A DNA stretch of 64,000 bases from a virus. The notes under the pieces were generated by a model, which searched no databases, was not told where the DNA came from, and saw nothing but the letters and a program-made list of their open reading frames with translations. Below are positions 57,544-64,000 of this stretch, one piece after another. The first letter of the stretch is position 1, and each line of letters starts with the position of its first letter. The position numbers and the translations under genes were made by a program. The stretch lies in IMG/VR virus record IMGVR_UViG_3300029957_000007, positions 58,759-122,758 of that record. One strand, 5' to 3'.

Positions 57544-57861
57544 GTGGAAATCACAGCCACTGAAGAGCAGATTAAGAAGATCGCTGCTGCTGCAGCTCAA
57601 GCGTCGTCACCGGTAGGAATGGGCCTGCTTCATTTCAATCCGGACTTTAAGTTCCAACCAGAACAATTCAACTTCGTTCATCTCGACGGTAAAAAGTTCT
57701 TGGACTTGGATTACGTTCAAGGCCGTTGTGTGAAAATCACCATCAAGCAGGTCGATGGTGACCGATGGAACATCAGTGGTGACCAGCCACGTGCTGACTA
57801 TCAGACGTGGTGCACTACCTACAAGACGAACGCTGACTTGGTGGCATCCGTCATCAAGTAG
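57544..57861 (+). CDS. Conserved phage hypothetical protein
   Basis: Box + GGAGG RBS; SSPVGMGLLHF...LDYVQGRCVK...YQTWCTTY. Confidence 0.65.
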   Translation: MEITATEEQIKKIAAAAAQASSPVGMGLLHFNPDFKFQPEQFNFVHLDGKKFLDLDYVQGRCVKITIKQVDGDRWNISGDQPRADYQTWCTTYKTNADLVASVIK

Positions 57862-57891
57862 TTGTACCATCACCTCAATTCGGAGGCAGTC

Positions 57892-58176
57892 GTGGCAGAA
57901 GACAAGTTCGAACCGATCGAGAATGACGTCATCGTTCAGAAGAGCGCTGATCAGAAGCAGTGGGAAGCTCTCCACTACAGCAAGGGCACCAAGCCGAAAT
58001 TAGTCTACCGTGACACGAATCGTTCTTTGGTTCGTCGTAAGGGCAGTGAGTTCGCTGCTCAACACGGTACGAAGTGCTACATGAGGTTGCCGAGTGGCAG
58101 TATCATCCTCGAAGACAAAGACAACAAGCATCTCGTCGCTGCTGTTTCCGATGGTGGTGTCGAACAGGAGGCTTGA
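57892..58176 (+). CDS. Hypothetical protein
   Basis: GGAGG RBS favours GTG 57892. Confidence 0.55.
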   Translation: MAEDKFEPIENDVIVQKSADQKQWEALHYSKGTKPKLVYRDTNRSLVRRKGSEFAAQHGTKCYMRLPSGSIILEDKDNKHLVAAVSDGGVEQEA

Positions 58177-58325
58177 TGTTCTCTAAGAAATGGGAACGTC
58201 GCATCAACAACGCGTTCTACATCGTCATTGGTGTTCTGCTGCTGATGAACACCATCGCACAAACAGTCATCTACTTCAAGTACAAAGGAGAAAAACATAG
58301 TGAATATCACTCAATGCAGCGGTAG
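58176..58325 (+). CDS. Small single-TM protein
   Basis: TGATG overlap; AFYIVIGVLLLMNTIAQTVIYF helix. Confidence 0.55.
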   Translation: MFSKKWERRINNAFYIVIGVLLLMNTIAQTVIYFKYKGEKHSEYHSMQR

Positions 58326-58680
58326 GATCAGCGGCGACAAAGTCTTCTTCACTCATCTGCTCCTGACCGGCGATGCGATGAGGAATGAAGGCTGGGCTGC
58401 TCAACAGCAATCGTTGGATGGCTACAAGCCGAAGTTCCATGGCTTCTTCGACTTCGGAGTCGTTGAGAAGAAGCCTTGGAGAGAGATCCAATGGTGGTGC
58501 TTCAAGGACAAGCAAGACGAAGAGGCATTGGCTCCTTTCCGAAAGATCGAGGAAGAGCGAGCTGCGAAGAAGGCCGAGGATCTGCGAAAGCAGTTGATCG
58601 ACGAGGAGAAACACAAGGAGCAAGCTTGGGCTGAAGGGAAGAAGCGAGTTGCCAAGCTGAAGGAACCTGCTCACGTCTAG
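58300..58680 (+). CDS. Hypothetical protein with C-terminal coiled coil
   Basis: AAGGAG RBS before GTG. Confidence 0.55.
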   Translation: MNITQCSGRISGDKVFFTHLLLTGDAMRNEGWAAQQQSLDGYKPKFHGFFDFGVVEKKPWREIQWWCFKDKQDEEALAPFRKIEEERAAKKAEDLRKQLIDEEKHKEQAWAEGKKRVAKLKEPAHV

Positions 58681-58686
58681 AAAAAT

Positions 58687-58702
58687 GGGAGCTTCGGCTC
58701 CC
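58687..58702 (+). terminator. UUCG tetraloop hairpin directly before tRNA-Thr
   Basis: GGGAGC-TTCG-GCTCCC; no U-tract, so may be a processing/stability element. Confidence 0.5.
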
Positions 58703-58705
58703 TAT

Positions 58706-58780
58706 GCCCAGATAGTATAACGGTTATTACAGTGGATTTGTAATCCTCTAATCCGAGTTCGACTCTCGGTCTGGGCTCCA
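58706..58780 (+). tRNA. trnT: tRNA-Thr(UGU)
   Basis: Acceptor GCCCAGA/TCTGGGC, anticodon loop TT-TGT-AA, TTCGA T-loop, encoded CCA. Confidence 0.9.
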
Positions 58781-58797
58781 ACTTTCTAGGTGATGTA

Positions 58798-59184
58798 ATG
58801 AGATCCACACACAAAAAAGGAATTATTGCAGAATTGAAAGTTCAAGAATATTGCATCAGACATGGATATGAAGTGTATACGCCTTTGTCTCCATTTTCAA
58901 GCGTAGACTTGATAGTTTTACGAAAATGTAAGCTTGAAAGGCTACAAGTAAAATATGTCAATCATGAAGAGAGAACAGCAGTCAAGTTCTTTTCTAATGG
59001 CAAAAAATACTCACATGAAATTTTTGATTGGATAGCCACATATAATCGAGCTACCGATCAATGCTATTTTGTTCATATATCTGAGATTCCAATTGGTGCC
59101 GCAGGGATAACATTGAGAATGACTAAAACAAAAAATGGACAAAAGAAACATGTGAGAAAGGCTAAGAACTACTTAGACTGGTAA
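58798..59184 (+). mobile_element. PD-(D/E)XK homing endonuclease of the group I intron-associated type, free-standing in the tRNA cluster
   Basis: KGIIAELKV...GYEVYTP...VDLIV...LQVKY motif; AT-rich; adjacent to tRNA. Confidence 0.75.
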
Positions 59185-59205
59185 TCAATCACTAGAGGTC
59201 CCATC

Positions 59206-59580
59206 ATGAAAGCAAAGGACATGGCGAAGATCTTGTCGGAGGCTGGTGATGATCCTGACAAGCGGAAGGAAGCGATCAAGACAGTGTTCTTCCAGCATAA
59301 CAAAGACCTTCATGAACTCGTGAAGGTTAGGAATCCTCAGAGCATTGAGGCGATGGTGTCTATCGTTAAAGAGATCGACAACAAATGGCAAGCGATGTGT
59401 CGTATGGCTCCAGGATTTTGCAATCCTATGGGCTATCGTGAGGTGTTGAAGGCTGATCACAACCTTCTTTATGAAGTGGCATTCAACGATTACATCAAGA
59501 AGCACCAAGAACTTGAGAGCGCAATGAATGCACTAAGGATCTCCGCACTTCGTTCGATCTTTGGAGGACGCGGTGATTGA
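59206..59580 (+). CDS. Hypothetical protein
   Basis: GAGG RBS; 124 aa helical. Confidence 0.6.
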   Translation: MKAKDMAKILSEAGDDPDKRKEAIKTVFFQHNKDLHELVKVRNPQSIEAMVSIVKEIDNKWQAMCRMAPGFCNPMGYREVLKADHNLLYEVAFNDYIKKHQELESAMNALRISALRSIFGGRGD

Positions 59581-59821
59581 TGACATTGACAGTAAATGGA
59601 GAAGAACAGCAGACAATATCATAAGCGTTCGTCGATTGTATAGATTCGCAAAGCAAAGTGGTAAGCTTACAAAAGCTGAATTGAAAGATCTAGAACTTTG
59701 CGCTAACAATCACATGAATCTTTTGAAAGAACTTTTTGAGAGGATCGTAAAAAAACTTGGTGATGAGTGGGAAACTTGGGTGGATCCGCATCCAGCCAGA
59801 GATAAATTTAAGAAATACTAA
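59573..59821 (+). CDS. Hypothetical protein
   Basis: GGAGG RBS 5 nt before GTG 59573. Confidence 0.5.
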   Translation: MIDDIDSKWRRTADNIISVRRLYRFAKQSGKLTKAELKDLELCANNHMNLLKELFERIVKKLGDEWETWVDPHPARDKFKKY

Positions 59822-59827
59822 CAACTT

Positions 59828-59904
59828 GACCACGTAGCTCAGTTGGATAGAGCAACAGATTTCTAATCTGTTGGCCACCGGTTCGAGTCCGGTCGTGGTC
59901 ACCA
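59828..59904 (+). tRNA. trnR: tRNA-Arg(UCU)
   Basis: GACCACG/CGTGGTC acceptor, ACAGA-TTTCTAA-TCTGT anticodon arm, TTCGAGT loop, CCA. Confidence 0.95.
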
Positions 59905-59907
59905 AAT

Positions 59908-59983
59908 GGTTCCATCGTCCAGCGGTCTAGGACACTGCCCTTTCACGGCAGGAACACGGGTTCAAATCCCGTTTGGACCTCCA
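59908..59983 (+). tRNA. trnE: tRNA-Glu(UUC)
   Basis: CTGCC-CTTTCAC-GGCAG anticodon arm, TTCAAAT loop, CCA; one C.U mismatch in the acceptor stem. Confidence 0.9.
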
Positions 59984-60002
59984 CTTATTAAAGGAGACGT
60001 GC

Positions 60003-60143
60003 GTGGGAACTTTAAAGATCAAGAAACAAGTACACAAAAGCAGAGGATCAGTTAAGAGGATCCATGGTAAAGTCACTGGTCATGTGAAGCTGTTGACTAG
60101 TGAAGATGCTAAGCAGAAGAAAGAATTGAATATCACTTTCTAA
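60003..60143 (+). CDS. Small basic protein (46 aa), absent from ORF track
   Basis: AAGGAG RBS, GTG start, TAATG-coupled to the next gene. Confidence 0.5.
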   Translation: MGTLKIKKQVHKSRGSVKRIHGKVTGHVKLLTSEDAKQKKELNITF

Positions 60144-60535
60144 TGGAGAAAAACGTGGCTCATATCACTGAGGCAGTGCAGTTCATCAGAGACAAGCACA
60201 ACATCAAGCGAGGCGTGATGGTTGCTATCTTGCTTCCCGGAACGAATCAAGTTCGCTTTGGTTGGAGCTTGTGCAGTCGTCAAAAAGGTAGGGCTGACGT
60301 CTTCGACCCGGAGTTCGGCAAGCAGCTTGCCATCGGCCGTACCAAACGAGACAGTGAAGTGCCTAGGTCGATGATCAAAGACATGCGCAATTTCTATCAT
60401 CGCTGGTTGAAGTACTTCAAGGACAAAGAGATCGCTACGACGATCGTTGATGAGCACACAGCACACCACAACTTCGATGGTGAGCGTGACTATCCCACTG
60501 GCCTTCATATGAGGCTCATTCAAGGCGCTGAGTAA
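60143..60535 (+). CDS. Conserved phage protein with GWSLC...D.F...G..LA..R motif
   Basis: Motif resembles the Phage_gp49_66-like pattern G.S.C..P..FD..IG..IA (from memory). Confidence 0.55.
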   Translation: MEKNVAHITEAVQFIRDKHNIKRGVMVAILLPGTNQVRFGWSLCSRQKGRADVFDPEFGKQLAIGRTKRDSEVPRSMIKDMRNFYHRWLKYFKDKEIATTIVDEHTAHHNFDGERDYPTGLHMRLIQGAE

Positions 60536-60544
60536 TCAGCGTTC

Positions 60545-60617
60545 GGTTCGGTAGCTCAGTTGGTAGAGCAATTGGCTTTTAACCAATGGGTCGTGAGTTC
60601 GAACCTCACCCGAGCCA
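60545..60617 (+). tRNA. trnK: tRNA-Lys(UUU), CCA not encoded
   Basis: ATTGG-CTTTTAA-CCAAT anticodon arm, GCTCAGTTGGTAGAGC D-arm, TTCGAAC loop; followed by AAA. Confidence 0.93.
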
Positions 60618-60632
60618 AAATCTTTAGAGCTT

Positions 60633-60723
60633 CCTGTGAACTGATTGAGTGTAGTAGCTAACCCATGAAAATATCGAATTGTCGATGTCATCTCCATGGG
60701 TAGAAACTCAGTCAGATTGCAGG
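60633..60723 (+). ncRNA. Unassigned rod-like structured RNA between tRNA-Lys and tRNA-Gln
   Basis: CCTG/CAGG, CTGATTGAGT/ACTCAGTCAG, ACCCATG/CATGGGT and ATCGA/TCGAT nested helices. Confidence 0.5.
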
Positions 60724-60724
60724 A

Positions 60725-60750
60725 CACCAGTCAGTGCAAACTGACTGGTG
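60725..60750 (+). other. Perfect hairpin just before tRNA-Gln
   Basis: CACCAGTCAG-TGCAAA-CTGACTGGTG. Confidence 0.7.
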
Positions 60751-60755
60751 CACAT

Positions 60756-60829
60756 TGGGAGGTCGTTCAATGGTAGGACACTACACTTTGACTGTAGTAA
60801 TGTAGGTTCGATTCCTACTCTCCCAGCCA
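60756..60829 (+). tRNA. trnQ: tRNA-Gln(UUG)
   Basis: TGGGAGG/TCTCCCA acceptor (U1-A72), CTACA-CTTTGAC-TGTAG anticodon arm, CCA. Confidence 0.95.
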
Positions 60830-60856
60830 ACTATCAACTCACTCATTGAGGTCAAC

Positions 60857-61351
60857 ATGGAAATCCTAAAAGAAGAAAAACCGAAGTTCGAGTTCAAGAC
60901 TCCATTTATGACTGGAGAAGGGCCGTGTCATTTGACATTCTTTGAAGATCATGTGAAGGTTTACGTCGACAGTCGAGATGCGACGGTCAAGATTGAGTAC
61001 GAACAAATTGCCCAGACCGCGATCAACTTCATCAAAAAACCATGGAAGCCTACCATCAAAGATCAGAATGAACCGAGAAAGAAAAGGCAGTTCACTGCTG
61101 AAGATCTCAAGTTCCACACATTCCTGACAATCGCCAAAGTATGTGATGTCTCTTATGAGACAATCAGGCGATTCATCAATGAAAATAAGAAAGACTACCC
61201 GATGCTCAGCACATCAAATCCTAAATCTTTCTCAATGGAGATCGGGAGGAAGATCATTGAGGATTATAGCATCCATCGAAGCTTGGTAAAGGAAGCCAAC
61301 GTTGAACGGATCAGCAAAGCCAGAGCCAAGAAAAAGAAACTCACTAACTGA
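60857..61351 (+). CDS. Hypothetical protein, possible C-terminal helix-turn-helix
   Basis: Box + GAGG RBS; TIAKVCDVSYETIRRFI resembles an HTH. Confidence 0.55.
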   Translation: MEILKEEKPKFEFKTPFMTGEGPCHLTFFEDHVKVYVDSRDATVKIEYEQIAQTAINFIKKPWKPTIKDQNEPRKKRQFTAEDLKFHTFLTIAKVCDVSYETIRRFINENKKDYPMLSTSNPKSFSMEIGRKIIEDYSIHRSLVKEANVERISKARAKKKKLTN

Positions 61352-61359
61352 GGTGTGAG

Positions 61360-63168
61360 ATGGATATCCAACTTCATAGATTCGTCTGCAGAGCTCTTCC
61401 GAAGGAGATCTGTGAAAGCATAGGTATCAATCAAGACGACATGCGTTTCAGAGAAAGCACAGCTGTTGATCTTGATGATCTCACAATCAAAGTGATCGAA
61501 AAGTTGGCCGCTGCTTTGAAGCCGCTTGTGTACGAAAAAGGGTTGAAGGTCAAAGAAGCAAATCAGCCCTACAAGGACGTAACGACGTGGATCAGGATCT
61601 TGAAGAAAGGCACTGAGAAAGAGATCCTCATCAAAGATGCTAAGACATTCACGTCTATCCTTAAGGCGGCTCTGTCAAAGATGCAAGGTCATCGCATCTT
61701 TGTGAAGTCGAGATCAGATGATGAATGGCTGAGCTACTATGTTGGTAGTGTCGAATATGAGCCGATCAAGCATCATCGTGGTGGTGGTGTCACACCTGCT
61801 CACACGGTCATGAAGCTCTACCACTATGTTCTTGGTAAGCTGAGAGAGACAAGCATAAACATTTGGGAGAGTTCTTTCTATGGCAAAAATGTTTATGATG
61901 GTCTTCTAGCTAACAACATAGTTGTTGAAGATGAAGATCTGCGGAATGAGTACCTTGAAGAAAAGAAGTTGTTCATGGAAACATTTGAGAAGATCGGTCG
62001 CCAATACTTGGCAGAGGGTTCGGCGACTGACGATGTAGATGGCAATGATGATACCAACGATGAAGAAGACAGCTGGTGGAGAGGGTACAATGAGCACACT
62101 ATCTTTCTTTCTAAGGATGGTGAACCAGCTCATGTTGTCATTGATGTCTTCAATGAGAAGGACAGCGTCAAAACGAAATCGAAGTCTGATGATGAAGACG
62201 ACGATATCGATTGGTCATTTTGGGGTGACATGAACGAGAAAGGTGAAGCGAATGATGGTCCAGAATATGAAGATGAAGAAGAACGTGATGATGATGTGAA
62301 ACGTCGTAAGAAGAAGAACGCCGCTGATCGAACTGAAGTTGTCAAGATCGGTGAAGTGCCGATTCACCCTTACGTGGTTTGTTTTGATCTTCGTCGTCAG
62401 ATGCGATTGAAGATCCATGTCAATCAACTCACTAAGTATTCTTACGACACAACGCTTGGTGAAAGCTTAGAGCTGCCAAAGAATCAGAAAGATCTTATCG
62501 ATGCTCTTCTATCAGCGAAGAGCGGTTTCAAAGATGTGATCAAAGGCAAAGGTGGTGGAGCTATCATCTTAGGTGTTGGTGGCCCTGGTCTTGGCAAGAC
62601 TTTGACAGCTGAAGTCTACGCTGAAGTTGCAAAGCGTCCTCTCTACTCAGTTCAATGCTCACAATTAGGAACTGAGCCAGAAGAGCTTGAAAAGAACCTT
62701 CTGAAGACGTTTGCTAGAGCAATACGATGGAGAGCAATTCTGCTTCTTGATGAAGCTGATGTATACATTCACAAACGTGGCAATGATCTCAAGCAGAATG
62801 CTGTCGTTGGTGTATTCCTCAGAACGTTGGAGTACTATCGCGGCGTCATGTTCATGACCTCTAATCGTAAGGCATTGATCGATGATGCGATCGCTTCACG
62901 ATGCGTGGCGCTCATTGAATACAAGATCCCTGACAGGGATGGTCAACTTCGTCTTTGGGAGAAAATCTCTAAGAAAGCGGAGATTGAGTTAAGTGCTAAA
63001 GATATCGCCAAGATAGTTGATAAGTATCCATCACTCTCCGGTCGAGATGTGAAGAACCTTCTCAAACTAGCTTTGATGGTGTCTAGCTCTAAAGACGAGA
63101 AGATCACTCTCGCTACTATAGATGCAGTGAAACAGTTCAAACCGACTGCTGATCTGAAGGAGGACTGA
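61360..63168 (+). CDS. AAA+ ATPase with long N-terminal region
   Basis: GGPGLGKTLTAE Walker A, ILLLDEADV Walker B, FLRTLEYY.G..F.TSNR, IDDAIASR arginine finger, LSGRDVKN lid. Confidence 0.9.
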   Translation: MDIQLHRFVCRALPKEICESIGINQDDMRFRESTAVDLDDLTIKVIEKLAAALKPLVYEKGLKVKEANQPYKDVTTWIRILKKGTEKEILIKDAKTFTSILKAALSKMQGHRIFVKSRSDDEWLSYYVGSVEYEPIKHHRGGGVTPAHTVMKLYHYVLGKLRETSINIWESSFYGKNVYDGLLANNIVVEDEDLRNEYLEEKKLFMETFEKIGRQYLAEGSATDDVDGNDDTNDEEDSWWRGYNEHTIFLSKDGEPAHVVIDVFNEKDSVKTKSKSDDEDDDIDWSFWGDMNEKGEANDGPEYEDEEERDDDVKRRKKKNAADRTEVVKIGEVPIHPYVVCFDLRRQMRLKIHVNQLTKYSYDTTLGESLELPKNQKDLIDALLSAKSGFKDVIKGKGGGAIILGVGGPGLGKTLTAEVYAEVAKRPLYSVQCSQLGTEPEELEKNLLKTFARAIRWRAILLLDEADVYIHKRGNDLKQNAVVGVFLRTLEYYRGVMFMTSNRKALIDDAIASRCVALIEYKIPDRDGQLRLWEKISKKAEIELSAKDIAKIVDKYPSLSGRDVKNLLKLALMVSSSKDEKITLATIDAVKQFKPTADLKED

Positions 63169-63254
63169 TGGGAGTTCCTGAAGGTTTCTTCCTCGTAGGG
63201 TTCGTGGTTGGATTGCTCGTTGGAATTGGGATCTGCATTGTATGGAGGCCATGA
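63168..63254 (+). CDS. 28-aa membrane peptide, absent from ORF track
   Basis: AGGAGG RBS, TGATG overlap; MGVPEGFFLVGFVVGLLVGIGICIVWRP*. Confidence 0.55.
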   Translation: MGVPEGFFLVGFVVGLLVGIGICIVWRP

Positions 63255-63472
63255 TGAAGTTGTTCTTCGAGAAAACAGAGTACAAAGGCGAAGATGAAGT
63301 CAGGGTTTGTTTGGTCGCTGACAATGGCTGTGGTGTTGCTGAAGGTTATGGCACCACTAAGCAAGAGGCGAAGGACAACATGATCAAACAGATGAATGAT
63401 GAACTCAACACTGAAATAAGGAGAGTGACGCGAAGGATTCATACGGCTCTTAAATTGACGGTGCCGAAATGA
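63251..63472 (+). CDS. Small hypothetical protein
   Basis: GGAGG RBS; AEGYGTTKQEAKDN resembles HicB/dsRBD-like small folds (weak). Confidence 0.55.
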   Translation: MMKLFFEKTEYKGEDEVRVCLVADNGCGVAEGYGTTKQEAKDNMIKQMNDELNTEIRRVTRRIHTALKLTVPK

Positions 63473-63660
63473 TGGGCGGTAGACCAGCAGGGCGTTCTGA
63501 TCAAGAGGTTAGAGCCATCGCAGCAATGAGACGACAAGCGAAGGCATTGAAGAAAGCTGGTTTAATGCCTGACAAGGATGCTTTGAAGCTCATCAACGAA
63601 TTGGCAAAAGAAAAGCTGTTCTATCGGAAAGACGAAAGAGAAATGGCGTTGTTCGGATAA
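63469..63660 (+). CDS. Small hypothetical protein
   Basis: ATGA overlap; fills the gap between coupled genes. Confidence 0.5.
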   Translation: MMGGRPAGRSDQEVRAIAAMRRQAKALKKAGLMPDKDALKLINELAKEKLFYRKDEREMALFG

Positions 63661-63678
63661 CTCACTCAAGGAGATCAG

Positions 63679-63846
63679 ATGGCTGCATTCACTCTGCAAG
63701 TCGATATTAGCATCGACATCGATGCCAAGAACAAGACGGAAGCTAAGAAGAAATTGGCTGCCTTCAATAAGTTCTTGAAAGCTCAAGCATTTGAGGGTTC
63801 TCGCATTGAGACCTTCTCTCCTCAAGTCTTCAAAGAGGAGAACTGA
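63679..63846 (+). CDS. Small hypothetical protein (55 aa), absent from ORF track
   Basis: ACTCACTCA box + AAGGAG; MAAFTLQVDISIDIDAKNK...KEEN*. Confidence 0.6.
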   Translation: MAAFTLQVDISIDIDAKNKTEAKKKLAAFNKFLKAQAFEGSRIETFSPQVFKEEN

Positions 63847-64000
63847 TGAGACCACTTTGCATCTATCACAGCAGCTGCACTGATGGTTTTGGAAGCGCGT
63901 TGATCGTCCACAATCACTTCAAAGGTGATGTGGACATTTGGCGTGGTCGGTACCAAAGTGAGAAGCTGCCAAGCACCAAGGATCGCGATGTCTACATCGT
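63846..64000 (+). CDS. Second DHH-family phosphoesterase, 3'-truncated by the window
   Basis: TGATG overlap; MRPLCIYHSSCTDGFGSALIV...RDVYIV matches the DHH N-terminal motif I. Confidence 0.7.
   Translation, partial: MRPLCIYHSSCTDGFGSALIVHNHFKGDVDIWRGRYQSEKLPSTKDRDVYI

Larger units (their letters stand above)
54631..63668 (+). promoter_or_regulatory. Dispersed ACTCACTCA box upstream of Shine-Dalgarno sequences
   Basis: Exact at 54859, 55451, 56972, 57523, 60837, 63660; one-mismatch at 54631, 61339, 54227. Confidence 0.8.

Noticed and set aside
60633-60723. Hammerhead ribozyme (CTGA...GAAAC)
   Set aside because: The core would need CUGANGA and a stem II closing before GAAA; here there is an extra base and the segments pair with each other.
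1-64000. Stop-codon reassignment, or prophage/host context
   Set aside because: Long genes read through under code 11 and end in TAA, TAG and TGA; no suppressor tRNA, integrase, att site or host housekeeping block was seen.

Overview
The window is part of a large lytic-type tailed phage genome with a contractile tail. Essentially all credible genes lie on the + strand, and I saw no host, integrase or CRISPR features. Layout: (1) 1-8.7 kb head-associated accessory/cargo genes; (2) 8.7-13.7 kb prohead protease-scaffold fusion, decoration protein and major capsid protein; (3) 13.8-25.9 kb appendage, neck and muralytic genes, several with Sec-type signal peptides; (4) 25.9-41.8 kb tail sheath, tube, chaperones with a likely -1 frameshift, tape measure, baseplate, tail fibre, holin-like proteins and a patatin phospholipase; (5) 42-54 kb replication and nucleotide metabolism (Cas4/RecB-like nuclease-SNF2 fusion, DHH, DnaC-like, DnaB, DnaG, MazG-like, ThyA, NDP-sugar epimerase); (6) 54-64 kb an early-type region opened by a sigma70-like promoter, with many small ORFs, five tRNAs, a homing endonuclease and an AAA+ ATPase. 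Terminase and portal are not in the window. The most interesting unexplained signals are: a [KR]-R-x-A-(S) peptide motif repeated through the head-locus proteins that punctuates 'beads-on-a-string' cargo proteins (candidate protease-processed virion polyproteins); an ACTCACTCA box 19-26 nt upstream of eight early-gene start codons; a ~510-nt structured non-coding leader with a boxA-like element; and signal-peptide, Thr/Pro-rich proteins embedded among virion genes. All family assignments are by motif recognition only; no searches were run.
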